This document shows positions 1-9,094 of a stretch of DNA of 64,000 nt, piece after piece; the stretch's first letter is position 1; every line of letters starts with the position of its first letter. The notes below the pieces were generated by a model, which saw nothing but the letters and a program-made list of their open reading frames with translations, did no database searches and was not told the origin of the DNA. The translations under genes and the position numbers were made by a program. The stretch comes from an uncultured Gemmatimonadaceae bacterium. Lineage in GTDB: Bacteria; Gemmatimonadota; Gemmatimonadetes; Longimicrobiales; RSA9. The stretch is from the NCBI GenBank assembly GCA_964619835.1, contig CAZUFP010000002.1, positions 48,716 through 112,715 of the forward strand. Reading direction: 5' to 3'.

Positions 1-2
1 CC

Positions 3-734
3 AACGCGGGTCCATGGACCTTCCGCGTCTGCCCCAGCGACCTCGAACACGGGCCGGCCCTGGCGACGTGGGCGGTCAACCATCTGCACGAACGGCGCGC
101 CGTTGTGCTCTACTCCAACGACGACTACGGACGCGGCGTGCTCGTCAGCTTCACCGACGCCTTCAACGCCCTCGGCGGAGAGGTGCTCTCCCAGGACCCG
201 TACCTGCCCTCCATGCTCGCCGGCAACGGCGATCCCGATCCGTACCTGCGCCGCGCCATCCGCAACCACATGAACGTCCTCGTCATCGCCGGCCAGTCGG
301 AGGACGGTGCCGCCATTCTCCGTAAGGCGCGCACCGACGGCTACGACGGCACGGTCATGGGCGCCGATGGGCTGACAGGCCTGAGAGACATGGGCAGTCT
401 GGCGAACGGCGTGTACGTCAGCTCGGCCTGGCTGCCGGACCAGCCTGGCGAGGCCAGCCAGCGGTTCGTACAGGCCTACCATGACCGCTACGGCGCCGAA
501 CCGGACCAGTTCGGCGCCATGACCTACGACGCCGTCCGGCTCGTGGCCCAGGCGATCCGGGAGGTGGGGCCGGACCGGGCCGCCATCCGATCGTACCTCG
601 AGCAGGTGGGGCGGGGCCGTCCGGCGTTCCATGGAGTGTCCGGCGCCATCGCGTTCGATGAGAACGGCGACGTCGTGAACAAGAATGTCGTCGTCGGAGT
701 CATCCGGAACGGGCAGCTGGTGTCGGCCCAGTGA
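3..734 (+). CDS. Periplasmic substrate-binding protein of a branched-chain amino acid type ABC transporter (LivK-like, type I PBP); 5' end cut by the window edge
   Basis: Frame 3 is open from the window start. The translation reads TFRVCPSDLEHGPALATWAVNHL..VVLYSNDDYGRGV...GVSGAIAFDENGDVV, typical of Leu/Ile/Val-binding family proteins. The start at 105 in the ORF track is an internal GTG. Confidence 0.8.
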   Translation, partial: NAGPWTFRVCPSDLEHGPALATWAVNHLHERRAVVLYSNDDYGRGVLVSFTDAFNALGGEVLSQDPYLPSMLAGNGDPDPYLRRAIRNHMNVLVIAGQSEDGAAILRKARTDGYDGTVMGADGLTGLRDMGSLANGVYVSSAWLPDQPGEASQRFVQAYHDRYGAEPDQFGAMTYDAVRLVAQAIREVGPDRAAIRSYLEQVGRGRPAFHGVSGAIAFDENGDVVNKNVVVGVIRNGQLVSAQ

Positions 735-740
735 GGCGTC

Positions 741-1079
741 TCACCGAAGGGTGACGTGCACCACAGACCCGGGGCGCAGGGTCACCGACTTGCGGATCGT
801 CGCCGTCCGGTCTTCGCTCACGGCCGTCACCGTGATCTCCGCGTTGCGCGCGCCCGCCAGCACGAAACGCTCCGTCTGTCCGGCGCCCACCGTGCCGAGC
901 AAACGGGACCCCGTCCCGTCGTCGTACGAGACGACCATGGCGCTGGCCAGCGGGTTCTCTACCGCGATGGCGTAGGTCCGCTCCGGATTCGTCTCCGCAC
1001 GCATGGCGTGACTGCACCCGGCGAGCGCCAACACGAGCGCCAGCGGCGGCGCGACCCGATGTAGCAGAAGTCGACCCAT
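741..1079 (-). CDS. Hypothetical lipoprotein
   Basis: ATG at 1079 is preceded by GGGAGGAG. The N-terminus MGRLLLHRVAPPLALVLALAGC has a signal peptide plus lipobox (LAGC). No recognisable domain. Confidence 0.6.
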   Translation of the reverse strand: MGRLLLHRVAPPLALVLALAGCSHAMRAETNPERTYAIAVENPLASAMVVSYDDGTGSRLLGTVGAGQTERFVLAGARNAEITVTAVSEDRTATIRKSVTLRPGSVVHVTLR

Positions 1080-1118
1080 CTCTCCTCCCGTCTCGTGACC
1101 CCGGCTGGCCTGCACTCC

Positions 1119-1835
1119 CTACGGCCACTCCTGGGCCCGGAATCGTTCCCCCGTCACCTCGGCTGCCTGCCCCGCGAGCCACAGGAACACGCCCGTGACC
1201 TGATCGGGCGCAGGCAACGAATCGGGATCCTCCTCGGGATACGCCGCACGACGCATCGCCGTGCCCATGGCTCCGGGATCCACCGCGTTCACCCGGATGC
1301 CCGCTCCTTCTTCCTCCAGCGCCAGATTGTACGTGAACGCTTCCAACGCCCACTTGCTGACGCCGTACGCGCCCCAACGAGCCCGCGCCACGTTGCCCAC
1401 CCCGGACGTCACGTTGATGATAGAACCTCGGCCCGCCGCCCGCATGCCCGGCAACACGGCCTGCGTCGCCACCAGGGCGCCCGTGACATTCACGTCCAGC
1501 ACACGGCGCCATCCGTCCAGTGGACAGTCCGCCAGGCGGCACCGATCACCCAGCACGGAGGCGTTGTTCACCAGCACCGTGATGGGAGCCACGGCCTCCG
1601 CCTCCGCCATCGCCACCAGTCTGGAAACCGCCGCCGCGTCCGTCACGTCGAGCGTCGCCGCGACCGTGCCAACTCCGCGGTCCCGCAGCGACGCCGCTAC
1701 TTCATGCACGCCCTCCCCTCCAGCGCACAGGACAAGCGACGCGCCCGCGTCACCATACGCCTCCGCCAACGCACGACCCAGACCCCGGGATGCCCCGGTG
1801 ACCATCACCGTCTCGCCACTCAGATCGACGGTCAT
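1119..1835 (-). CDS. Short-chain dehydrogenase/reductase (SDR family oxidoreductase)
   Basis: TGASRGLGRA cofactor-binding motif, NNAS motif, and catalytic YGVSK (YxxxK). Confidence 0.9.
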   Translation of the reverse strand: MTVDLSGETVMVTGASRGLGRALAEAYGDAGASLVLCAGGEGVHEVAASLRDRGVGTVAATLDVTDAAAVSRLVAMAEAEAVAPITVLVNNASVLGDRCRLADCPLDGWRRVLDVNVTGALVATQAVLPGMRAAGRGSIINVTSGVGNVARARWGAYGVSKWALEAFTYNLALEEEGAGIRVNAVDPGAMGTAMRRAAYPEEDPDSLPAPDQVTGVFLWLAGQAAEVTGERFRAQEWP

Positions 1836-1856
1836 CGCACCTCTACAGGATTCATC

Positions 1857-1896
1857 AAAAAGAAAAAACGGCGTGGCCGATTCGCGGCCACGCCGT
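1857..1896 (-). terminator. Rho-independent terminator downstream of the 1920-2339 gene
   Basis: Perfect 12-bp stem (ACGGCGTGGCCG / CGGCCACGCCGT, 1868-1879 and 1885-1896) with a 5-nt loop. On the minus strand it is followed by TTTTTCTTTTT (1857-1867). Confidence 0.7.
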
Positions 1897-1919
1897 CAGA
1901 GCGTTCGTTCGTCGATGCC

Positions 1920-2339
1920 TCAGTCCGGGAAGGATACGGTGCGCGCCGTCTCCATCGTCGGCGGATGACCGGTCATCAGCTCGACCAGCATCGCCATCTC
2001 CCCGGTCAACTCCTGCGCCTTGGCATAGACCGTCAGGATGTTCGCGTAGTCGAAGTACGCGTTCACCGCGTCCTCCGACCCCACGTACTGGTCCAGCACC
2101 AGATCGTCCATCCGGTCCTTCGCGTCGGTCAACAGGTAATCCAGGATCCGATCCAGCCACCATGCCTCGGCCAGCGTCGTCAGATCCATGTCCCCGTCGA
2201 GACGCGGCAGCAGCGCTTCGATCTCTGCCACGATCTCCGGCGGCGCAACCACCCCACCGGCTCCGCCCCTGGCCTCAAGGACGTGCCGCGCCGTGGACTC
2301 CAGCGCCGTCAGTTCTTCGTATGAGCATCGCAGGATCAT
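1920..2339 (-). CDS. Hypothetical protein (about 139 aa, probably helical, no recognised domain)
   Basis: ATG at 2339 is preceded by GGAGAGGG. High third-position GC. A strong terminator follows. No family recognised. Confidence 0.55.
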   Translation of the reverse strand: MILRCSYEELTALESTARHVLEARGGAGGVVAPPEIVAEIEALLPRLDGDMDLTTLAEAWWLDRILDYLLTDAKDRMDDLVLDQYVGSEDAVNAYFDYANILTVYAKAQELTGEMAMLVELMTGHPPTMETARTVSFPD

Positions 2340-2687
2340 GGTTCCCTCTCCTGCTTGCAGGCCAAACGGCCTGCGCCTGCGTCCCAACCCCGCAAACCCC
2401 GTTCCGCACCCTCTCTTCTCTATACGTTCGGCCGATTCCGCCCGTTTCGTAACGGCCGCGAGCGAAAACGCGTGTTCCTTCGCCCGCCAGGCCTCTGTTC
2501 CTTCCTACACCGCGACCCCCTGCCAGGATCGCGCCACGCGCCCGATGGCCGGGGCCCGGGCAGGATACACCCGGCGTCCGGCTACACTTTTCCCGACTCT
2601 GGACCGTTTTTTCCGGGAGCGTCCCCAGGCTCGACTGTACGGGTGTTTCCCGAATATGTCCGGAATGCAAACGACGACGCAACCCCG

Positions 2688-3431
2688 TCAGCGGCGAACC
2701 AGCCAGTTCCCCAGCCACAACCCTCCGATGATGTCGAGAGCGGCGTGGGATGCCATGCCCGGCAGCACCGAGCCGGTGGCGATGAACGGCATGGCGAGCA
2801 GGAAGCCCAGGAGAGAGGCGCGCAACGCCCCGGATGCACCCTGGTAGGAGTGGATCAGGCCGAATGCGAAGGAGCTGAAGGCGACGGCGAGCCACAGGCT
2901 ATCCGTGGCCGCCTGGAGGGCCGGAATGAGGAAGCTCCGGAACACGAGTTCCTCCGCGATGCCGGCGGACAGGGACACGCCCAGGAACAGGAGCTTTTCG
3001 CGGCGCGTCCTGGGAAGCAGGAACAACAGGAGCGCGGTTTCGGGCAGGCGCAGGATCCGACCCAGCACCATGGCGCCCAGGCCTACCGCGGTGGTGAGCA
3101 CCGCGACGAGAAGGAGCCGGCCGGCCGGGTGCACCACAAGCCCCAGAAGGCGGGCCGTGAAGCCGCTGGCCCAGGCCGCGGCCATGGTCAGCGCGGCGAG
3201 GATCCAGATGGTGACGACGGAAGAGACGTAGAGCTCGGTCCGGCGCAGTCCCTCGGGCACCTCGTTGGCCATTCGGCCCTGCACAAGCAACAGACCCGGC
3301 ATGATCACGAGCAGGAACACCGTCATGAGCCGGGCGGGCCAGGCCAGCTCGGGCGAGGCCAGCCAGACGAGGGCGGCGCCGACCGTCACGGCCGTTGCGT
3401 TCAATATCCGTTGCCGTCGTCCTGAATCCAT
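2688..3431 (-). CDS. CPBP family intramembrane glutamic endopeptidase (CAAX protease-like)
   Basis: Multi-pass membrane protein with the CPBP motifs EELVFRSF, FAFGLIH and HAALD. Confidence 0.85.
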   Translation of the reverse strand: MDSGRRQRILNATAVTVGAALVWLASPELAWPARLMTVFLLVIMPGLLLVQGRMANEVPEGLRRTELYVSSVVTIWILAALTMAAAWASGFTARLLGLVVHPAGRLLLVAVLTTAVGLGAMVLGRILRLPETALLLFLLPRTRREKLLFLGVSLSAGIAEELVFRSFLIPALQAATDSLWLAVAFSSFAFGLIHSYQGASGALRASLLGFLLAMPFIATGSVLPGMASHAALDIIGGLWLGNWLVRR

Positions 3432-3452
3432 CGCCTTCTGCGACTCCTGCCC

Positions 3453-4349
3453 TCAGCCCGCTGGCGGCTCCTGCCGCGCCAGCTTCACGTATGCCCGGGG
3501 CGCCACAAGCCCGAGAGCCGTGCCCACCACGGCGCCGGCCACCATGTCCGTTGCATAATGGAAGCCGGAGTACACGGCCCCGACGCAAACGCCGAGCGCC
3601 GCCAACAACAGCACCGGAAAGGCCGGCCGCAGATACCGGTACGCCAGAAACACCTGCACCGTAGCCGCGCTCATGTGGGAAGACGGGAATGCGGCACCGC
3701 GCGCGGACCCGTGTCGCAGAATCCAGTGGCTCAGCCGATTCACCACCCCGTGGTCCAGGGATGCGTCCGGCGCCGGAAACAGATACCGGGGACCCTGAAC
3801 CGGGAAGAAGATGAACGCGACGTAGTTGAGCAGGAGCGTGAGTACCACACCGAACGTCACCACGCGGAACGCGTGGACCCGCCCCATGAGATACAGCACC
3901 AGCGAGGGCACGAAGATGATCAGGTAGTACGACAGGTAGGCAGCGTGAAGAACTTCGGACAGAATCGGATACGGCAGCGCCGCCGCCAACTCACGGCTGG
4001 GCTGCCCGCCAAAAAGGACCGCTTCCACATGTTGGATGGCCGCATCGAAGTAGTGGCCGTTCCAGACTGCCTGGTTCAGGGTGGCCAGCTCCGTGTAGAG
4101 CGCCGGCAGCAGGAGCATCGCGTACCAGTCGTGCACGACACGGCCCAGGCGCGGCCAGGCATGGCTGGCGGCACGGACCGCCTGGCGCACGGGCGGCAGG
4201 TCCATGGCCGCGGCGGCAGCAAGGAGATGCAGGGTAATGAGAGCTGGCCAGGCGCGCGTGTGGTGGGGGAACAGCAGCGCGACAACGCCTACGAGCGCGT
4301 AAGCGGCGAAGACGCGGTCCAGCGGCCGGGGATGGGGGTCAGGCGCCAC
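3453..4349 (-). CDS. PAP2-superfamily integral membrane protein, Aur1/Ipt1-like (PAP2_3-like) subgroup; candidate lipid head-group phosphotransferase
   Basis: Polytopic membrane protein with PSSH and FHYATDMVAG motifs, but no classic KxxxxxxRP motif. I prefer the GTG start at 4349 (AAGGA 7 nt upstream, 11-nt overlap with the upstream gene). The alternative ATG at 4412 gives a 74-nt overlap. Confidence 0.75.
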   Translation of the reverse strand: MAPDPHPRPLDRVFAAYALVGVVALLFPHHTRAWPALITLHLLAAAAAMDLPPVRQAVRAASHAWPRLGRVVHDWYAMLLLPALYTELATLNQAVWNGHYFDAAIQHVEAVLFGGQPSRELAAALPYPILSEVLHAAYLSYYLIIFVPSLVLYLMGRVHAFRVVTFGVVLTLLLNYVAFIFFPVQGPRYLFPAPDASLDHGVVNRLSHWILRHGSARGAAFPSSHMSAATVQVFLAYRYLRPAFPVLLLAALGVCVGAVYSGFHYATDMVAGAVVGTALGLVAPRAYVKLARQEPPAG

Positions 4350-5496
4350 CCGTGTCCTTCTGGTACACACGATACGTCTTGTATACGTAGGCGCCGACCT
4401 TTTCCAGGCCACGCCGCATCTTCCAGTTGTCCTCCAGGATCCACGAGCATTCCCCGCCCTTGTGGCCCAGCTCGCGAGCCGTCATGAAGGCGCGCGTGAA
4501 GAAGACCACGTCGATGCCCATGCCGCGGTACTCGGGCTTGAGGCCCAGTGCGAAAACGCGCGCCCTGTCGATCTTGCGGGCGTACCAAAGCAGCTTGGGA
4601 ATGCCAAACGGCAGCAACCGCCCGTTCACGTGCTTCAGCGCCTGGTTGAAATCCGGAAGCGTGAGGGTGAAGCCGGCCGGGTCGCCGTTGATGAACGCGA
4701 GCAGAGCGTAACGCGGTTCGACGATGGGCTTGAGCTCCTTCGCCAGGTGCTCGATCTCCTTCTCCGTGAGCGGCACGAAGCCCCAGTTCTGCTCCCACGC
4801 GCTGTTGTAGATCTGCTGGATGAGGTCCACTTCCTCGTCCAGCTTCTTCAAGTTGACCGGCCGGATGCTGAACCCGTCGATGGAGCGCTCGATACGCTGA
4901 ACGGCGCGCTCCAGGCGGTCCGGAGTCTGGTTCGAGTCGATCCAGTAGGCCAGCAGGTCCTCGGCCTTTCCGTACCCGGCGCTCTCCACCAGGTCCTGGT
5001 AGTACGGCCGCCCATGGCCCATCAGCACGATGGGCGGCTTGTCGAACCCATCCAGCAGGATGCCCGGGGAGTGCGATTCGTCGTTGGTCGAGAAATTGAA
5101 CGGACCCATGATCCTGCGGGCGCCGTGCTCCTTCACCCAGGCTTCCGCCGCGTCGAGCAACGCGCGGGCGACGGTCCGGTCGTTGATGGATTCGAAAAAC
5201 CCGAAGAAGCCGGTCTGGTCGCCGTGGAACTCGTCATAGCGGTGGTTGATGAACGCGGCGATACGGCCGACCGGATCCGAGCCGCGCCACGCCAGGAAGT
5301 ACTCCACGTCGGCGTGCTCGTGGAACGGATGCTTCGTGCGGTCGAACAGCTTCCGCTGGTCGGAGATGAGCGGCGGCACCCACAGGGGGTCGTCCGCGTA
5401 GATCTGCCACGGGAGCCGGATGAACTGCTTCATGCCGTTGCCCCGCACCGGGGCGACGACCACGTTGGAACCCTGCTCGTGTGCCGGTTGGCTCAT
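4339..5496 (-). CDS. Large GNAT/FemAB-like (BioF2-associated type) acyltransferase-like protein
   Basis: 385-aa soluble protein. The C-terminal half (ALLAFINGDPAGF...YRGMGID...GHKGGECSWILEDN) resembles an acyl-CoA N-acyltransferase fold. GGGAG lies upstream of the ATG at 5496. It sits directly downstream of the alpha-oxoamine synthase. The family assignment is from memory of similar proteins, not a search. Confidence 0.7.
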   Translation of the reverse strand: MSQPAHEQGSNVVVAPVRGNGMKQFIRLPWQIYADDPLWVPPLISDQRKLFDRTKHPFHEHADVEYFLAWRGSDPVGRIAAFINHRYDEFHGDQTGFFGFFESINDRTVARALLDAAEAWVKEHGARRIMGPFNFSTNDESHSPGILLDGFDKPPIVLMGHGRPYYQDLVESAGYGKAEDLLAYWIDSNQTPDRLERAVQRIERSIDGFSIRPVNLKKLDEEVDLIQQIYNSAWEQNWGFVPLTEKEIEHLAKELKPIVEPRYALLAFINGDPAGFTLTLPDFNQALKHVNGRLLPFGIPKLLWYARKIDRARVFALGLKPEYRGMGIDVVFFTRAFMTARELGHKGGECSWILEDNWKMRRGLEKVGAYVYKTYRVYQKDTGGA

Positions 5497-5516
5497 ACGG
5501 CTCCCGTGCCCCGCGT

Positions 5517-6698
5517 TTAGATGACGGCCATCTGCTTTCCGACCTGCGCAAACGCTTCCAGCACGCGGTCGACATGCTCATCGGTGTGCGTCGCCATCAT
5601 GGAGATGCGCAGACGACAGGAGTGGTCCGGCACGGCAGGCGGCGTCACCGGATTGGTGAACACGCCCGCGTCGAACAGCTCCTTCCAGAAGATGAGCATG
5701 GGCTCCAGCTCGCCGATGACCACCGGGATCACGGGAGTGACACTGCGGCCGATGTCGTAGCCGAGGCTCTTCAGCCCCTCCTGCATGCGCCGCGTGTTGT
5801 GCCAGAGCTGATCGCGCCGTTCCGGTTCTTCCTGGATCACGTCCAGTGCGGCCAGGACGGTGGCAACCGCCGAAGGCGGCATACTGGCACTGAAGATCAA
5901 CGCGCGGGAATGGTGTTTCAGGTAGTGGATCACAGTCTCGGGCCCGGCAATGACGCCACCCAACGATGCCAGCGACTTGGAGAACGTGGTCATCACCAGG
6001 TCCACCCGGTCGTCCAGCCCGAAATGCTCCGCGGTGCCGGCGCCCGTCGGCCCCAGCACGCCGAACGCGTGGGCATCATCGACCATCGTGGCCGCACCGT
6101 ACTTCTCCGCCAGCTCCACGATGCCCGGCAGGTTCGCGATGTCGCCTTCCATCGAGAACAGCCCGTCCGTGACGATCAGCTTGCCCGCCTCCGCCGGCGC
6201 CTGGGCCAGCCGCCGCTCCAGGGCCTGCATGTCGTTGTGGGCATACCGCTGCGTGACGCCAAACGCCAGGCGCGCGCCATCCACGATGCTGGCGTGGTTC
6301 AGCTTGTCGAGGAACAGGTAGTCATCGCGCCCGACCAGCGTGGAGATCACGCCCAGATTGGTCTGGAAGCCGGTGCTGAAGACCAGGGCCGCCTCCTTGT
6401 GCAGCTGCTCGGCCAACCGCTGCTCCAGCTGCTCATGGAGGTCCAGCGTGCCGTTCAGAAACCGGCTGCCCGTGCAGCCGCTGCCGTAGCGCTTCAGCGC
6501 TTCGGCCGCCTTCTGCAGCACGTGCGGATGGTGGGTCAGGCCCAGATAGTTGTTGGACCCCACCATGATCTTGCGCTGCCCGTCGATCTCCACCTCGGTG
6601 TCATACGAAGCTTCGATCGCCCGGAAATACGGATAGTATCCCTTCGCCTGCACTTCACGTGCGATCGTATAGCTTTCGCACTTTTCGAAAAGGCTCAT
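5517..6698 (-). CDS. Alpha-oxoamine synthase (PLP-dependent acyltransferase), serine palmitoyltransferase-like
   Basis: Full-length AOS-family architecture: GSNNYLGL, DDAHAFGVLG and the PLP-lysine motif TFSKSLASLGG. The TFSKS form resembles Spt/CqsA-type enzymes more than the BioF or Kbl motifs. Confidence 0.9.
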   Translation of the reverse strand: MSLFEKCESYTIAREVQAKGYYPYFRAIEASYDTEVEIDGQRKIMVGSNNYLGLTHHPHVLQKAAEALKRYGSGCTGSRFLNGTLDLHEQLEQRLAEQLHKEAALVFSTGFQTNLGVISTLVGRDDYLFLDKLNHASIVDGARLAFGVTQRYAHNDMQALERRLAQAPAEAGKLIVTDGLFSMEGDIANLPGIVELAEKYGAATMVDDAHAFGVLGPTGAGTAEHFGLDDRVDLVMTTFSKSLASLGGVIAGPETVIHYLKHHSRALIFSASMPPSAVATVLAALDVIQEEPERRDQLWHNTRRMQEGLKSLGYDIGRSVTPVIPVVIGELEPMLIFWKELFDAGVFTNPVTPPAVPDHSCRLRISMMATHTDEHVDRVLEAFAQVGKQMAVI

Positions 6699-6721
6699 TC
6701 GGCTCTCCGCTCACGGCCCAT

Positions 6722-7717
6722 CTAATCCAGCCAGCCATACGCGCGATACCATGCGGCGGTTTCCTGCAAACCCTCCGCAAGCGGCGTGCGCGCGACGAAA
6801 TCCAGGTCCCGCTTTGCCGTCTCCGTCTCACACAACCACGCGGGCGCCAACAACTCACGCGCTTTGTCCCGCGTGAATATGCTCGGCCGGCCCACGGCGC
6901 GGCCCGCCACCTCGCTCACGGCGGCAGCCGCACGAATCAGACCCGACGGAACCGGGACCCTGTGCCCCGGGCGCCCGACGGCGTCCGACACCAACCTCAG
7001 CACTTCGCTCCACGCATACGCGCGGGTTTCCGCCGTATGGTAGATCCCGGCCGCCGCTTCCGCGACCCCCGCGCGCACGATCGCATCCGCCAGGTCGGCG
7101 GCATGGATCATCTGCAGCCTGCGCAATGGCCCTGACGGAACAGGCAGGATACCATGGCGAGCCAGCCGGAAAAACGGCAGGAGATCGCGGTCCCCCGGAC
7201 CGTAAACGGCCGGCGGGCGAAGCACGACGACTCCGAATGTTTTCTGTGCGGCGAGGCAGAGACGCTCCGCGTCGAGCTTGCTTCTGCCGTATGCAGTCAA
7301 CGGGCGTGGCTCATCATCCGGATGGACCGGCCGCCCGTTCCGTGCAGGACCCACGGCTGCCAGAGAGCTTACAAACACCAGGCGCCGAGGGTGACCGCTC
7401 TGGACCATCGCATCGACGAGGCGCCGCGTGCCCTCGACGTTGACGTCCCTGAACTCAGCTTCATGCCGGGCGCGAGTCAACCCGGCCAGATGCAACACGA
7501 TGTCGATGTCGCGGACGGCGTTTTGCAACGCCGCCGCGTCCTTCAGATCCGCTTCCTCACGCTCGAAGCCCAGGGCATCGAGATGACGCACATCGCTGGT
7601 CGAGCGGACGAGCGCCCGAACCTGGAAGTGGCCTTCCGCCAGCGCTGATGCGAGATGGGAGCCGACAAACCCCGTCGCCCCCGTGATGAGAACGCGTTCG
7701 CCCGCCGTCATCGCCAC
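6722..7717 (-). CDS. NAD(P)-dependent epimerase/dehydratase-family reductase
   Basis: ITGATGFVGSHL Rossmann motif and catalytic YGRSK (YxxxK). 331 aa, extended-SDR type. Confidence 0.9.
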   Translation of the reverse strand: MAMTAGERVLITGATGFVGSHLASALAEGHFQVRALVRSTSDVRHLDALGFEREEADLKDAAALQNAVRDIDIVLHLAGLTRARHEAEFRDVNVEGTRRLVDAMVQSGHPRRLVFVSSLAAVGPARNGRPVHPDDEPRPLTAYGRSKLDAERLCLAAQKTFGVVVLRPPAVYGPGDRDLLPFFRLARHGILPVPSGPLRRLQMIHAADLADAIVRAGVAEAAAGIYHTAETRAYAWSEVLRLVSDAVGRPGHRVPVPSGLIRAAAAVSEVAGRAVGRPSIFTRDKARELLAPAWLCETETAKRDLDFVARTPLAEGLQETAAWYRAYGWLD

Positions 7718-7761
7718 GGCTCAAAGGTGCGGGAGGCAGCCACAAAAGGCAATGGTAAGCC

Positions 7762-9087
7762 TCAGGAAACGGCCGCCAGCACGCGCTCCACGATATGGAG
7801 CGCTCCCAGCAGCTGGGATTCGGTGATCACGAGGGGCGGCGTGAAGGCGAGCACGTCTCCGTCTCCGCCTTCGGGCAGCAGCAGCACGCCGGCCCGCAAC
7901 GCGCCGGCCATGGTCCTCGCCGCGAGCTCGGCCGGGGCCGATCCGCCCGCGTCCCCCAGGCGGACCCCCTGCATGAGGCCCATGCCGCGCAGCTCCCGGA
8001 TGCGAGGCTCCCGCTGCGCCCATCCTTGCAACCATTCACGCAAGGTGGCGCCCAACGTCCCGGCCCGCTCCACCAGGCCCTCTTCTTCGATGACCTCCAG
8101 CTGGGCCAGCGCCGCCGCGCACGCCGTCGGGTTGCCCAGGAACGTGCTCGTGTGAATCGCCTCGCCCTCGGAAACCGGCCAGGCGGCCATGACCTTCGGT
8201 GTTCCGATGGCCGCGCTGAGTGGCAGGGCCCCGGTCAGCGCCTTCCCCACGGTCATGATGTCCGGCGTCACGCCTTCGTGCTGGCACGCGAACCAGCGGC
8301 CGGTGCGGCCGAAACCCGTGTAGATTTCGTCGAAGATGAGCACGATGGAGCGCTCGTCGCACAGGGCGCGCAAGCCGGTGAGGAAGCCCGGAGGCGGCAC
8401 GACGAGGCCGCCGCGACCCTGCACCGGCTCCACGAGCACCGCGCCCACGGGCGTCGCCGATGGGGCCGCTTCGTCGATGATGCGCGCCACCGTCCGCAGG
8501 GCATCCGCCGGGTCGGCGTCGGCTCCCGGATACGGGGCGAACCGAACGCCCGTGAAGAGCTGGTCCAGGAACGGGCGGCGGAACAGCGCGCGCGAGGTGA
8601 CGGACAGTGCGCCGTAGGTCAGCCCGTGGTACGCGCCCTCGAACGCCACGATACCGGGCCGGCCGGTGGCCACGAGCGCCGTCTTGAGAGCCGCTTCCAC
8701 CGCTTCGGCCCCGGCGGAGGCCAGGATGGACACCGACAGGCCGTCGGGCGCGAGCGCTGCAAGCCGTTCCAGCAGCAGCACCTTCACTTCCGTGGGATGC
8801 ACGTCGCCCAGGCCATGGGGCAGCCGTGAAGCCTGCCGGCTTATGGCGCCCGCGACGGCGGGATGGGCGTGGCCCGTGGCCGCCACGGCGAAGCCGGCCG
8901 TCAGGTCCACGTACACATTGCCGTCGGCATCCCGGACGTTTGCGCCGGCCGCCTCTGCCCATACGATGGTGTCGTCCAGGGGCGTGATGTTCGGAGATTC
9001 GACGGCGCGCAGGCGAGCGGCCAGGCTCCGGGACGTTGGCCCCGGCGGCTCCACGGCCATGCGGGGCATGTCGGCGCCGAACGCCAT
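7762..9087 (-). CDS. Class III (omega) PLP aminotransferase, BioA-like in its active-site region
   Basis: Motifs AYHGLTYGALS, DEIYTGFGRTGRWFACQHEGVTPDIMTVGKALTG (PLP lysine) and HTSTFLGNPTACAAA. Start chosen at ATG 9087 (MAFGADMPRM) because the upstream gene ends at 9095. The longer ORF to 9213 would overlap that gene. Confidence 0.9.
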   Translation of the reverse strand: MAFGADMPRMAVEPPGPTSRSLAARLRAVESPNITPLDDTIVWAEAAGANVRDADGNVYVDLTAGFAVAATGHAHPAVAGAISRQASRLPHGLGDVHPTEVKVLLLERLAALAPDGLSVSILASAGAEAVEAALKTALVATGRPGIVAFEGAYHGLTYGALSVTSRALFRRPFLDQLFTGVRFAPYPGADADPADALRTVARIIDEAAPSATPVGAVLVEPVQGRGGLVVPPPGFLTGLRALCDERSIVLIFDEIYTGFGRTGRWFACQHEGVTPDIMTVGKALTGALPLSAAIGTPKVMAAWPVSEGEAIHTSTFLGNPTACAAALAQLEVIEEEGLVERAGTLGATLREWLQGWAQREPRIRELRGMGLMQGVRLGDAGGSAPAELAARTMAGALRAGVLLLPEGGDGDVLAFTPPLVITESQLLGALHIVERVLAAVS

Positions 9088-9094
9088 GCTCAGA

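Noticed and set aside
5517-9087. Reading the AOS plus class III aminotransferase pair as biotin genes bioF/bioA
   Set aside because: No bioD or bioB is nearby. The AOS PLP motif (TFSKS) is Spt-like rather than BioF-like. The neighbours are membrane/lipid-type genes. The idea is kept only as a mechanistic analogy.
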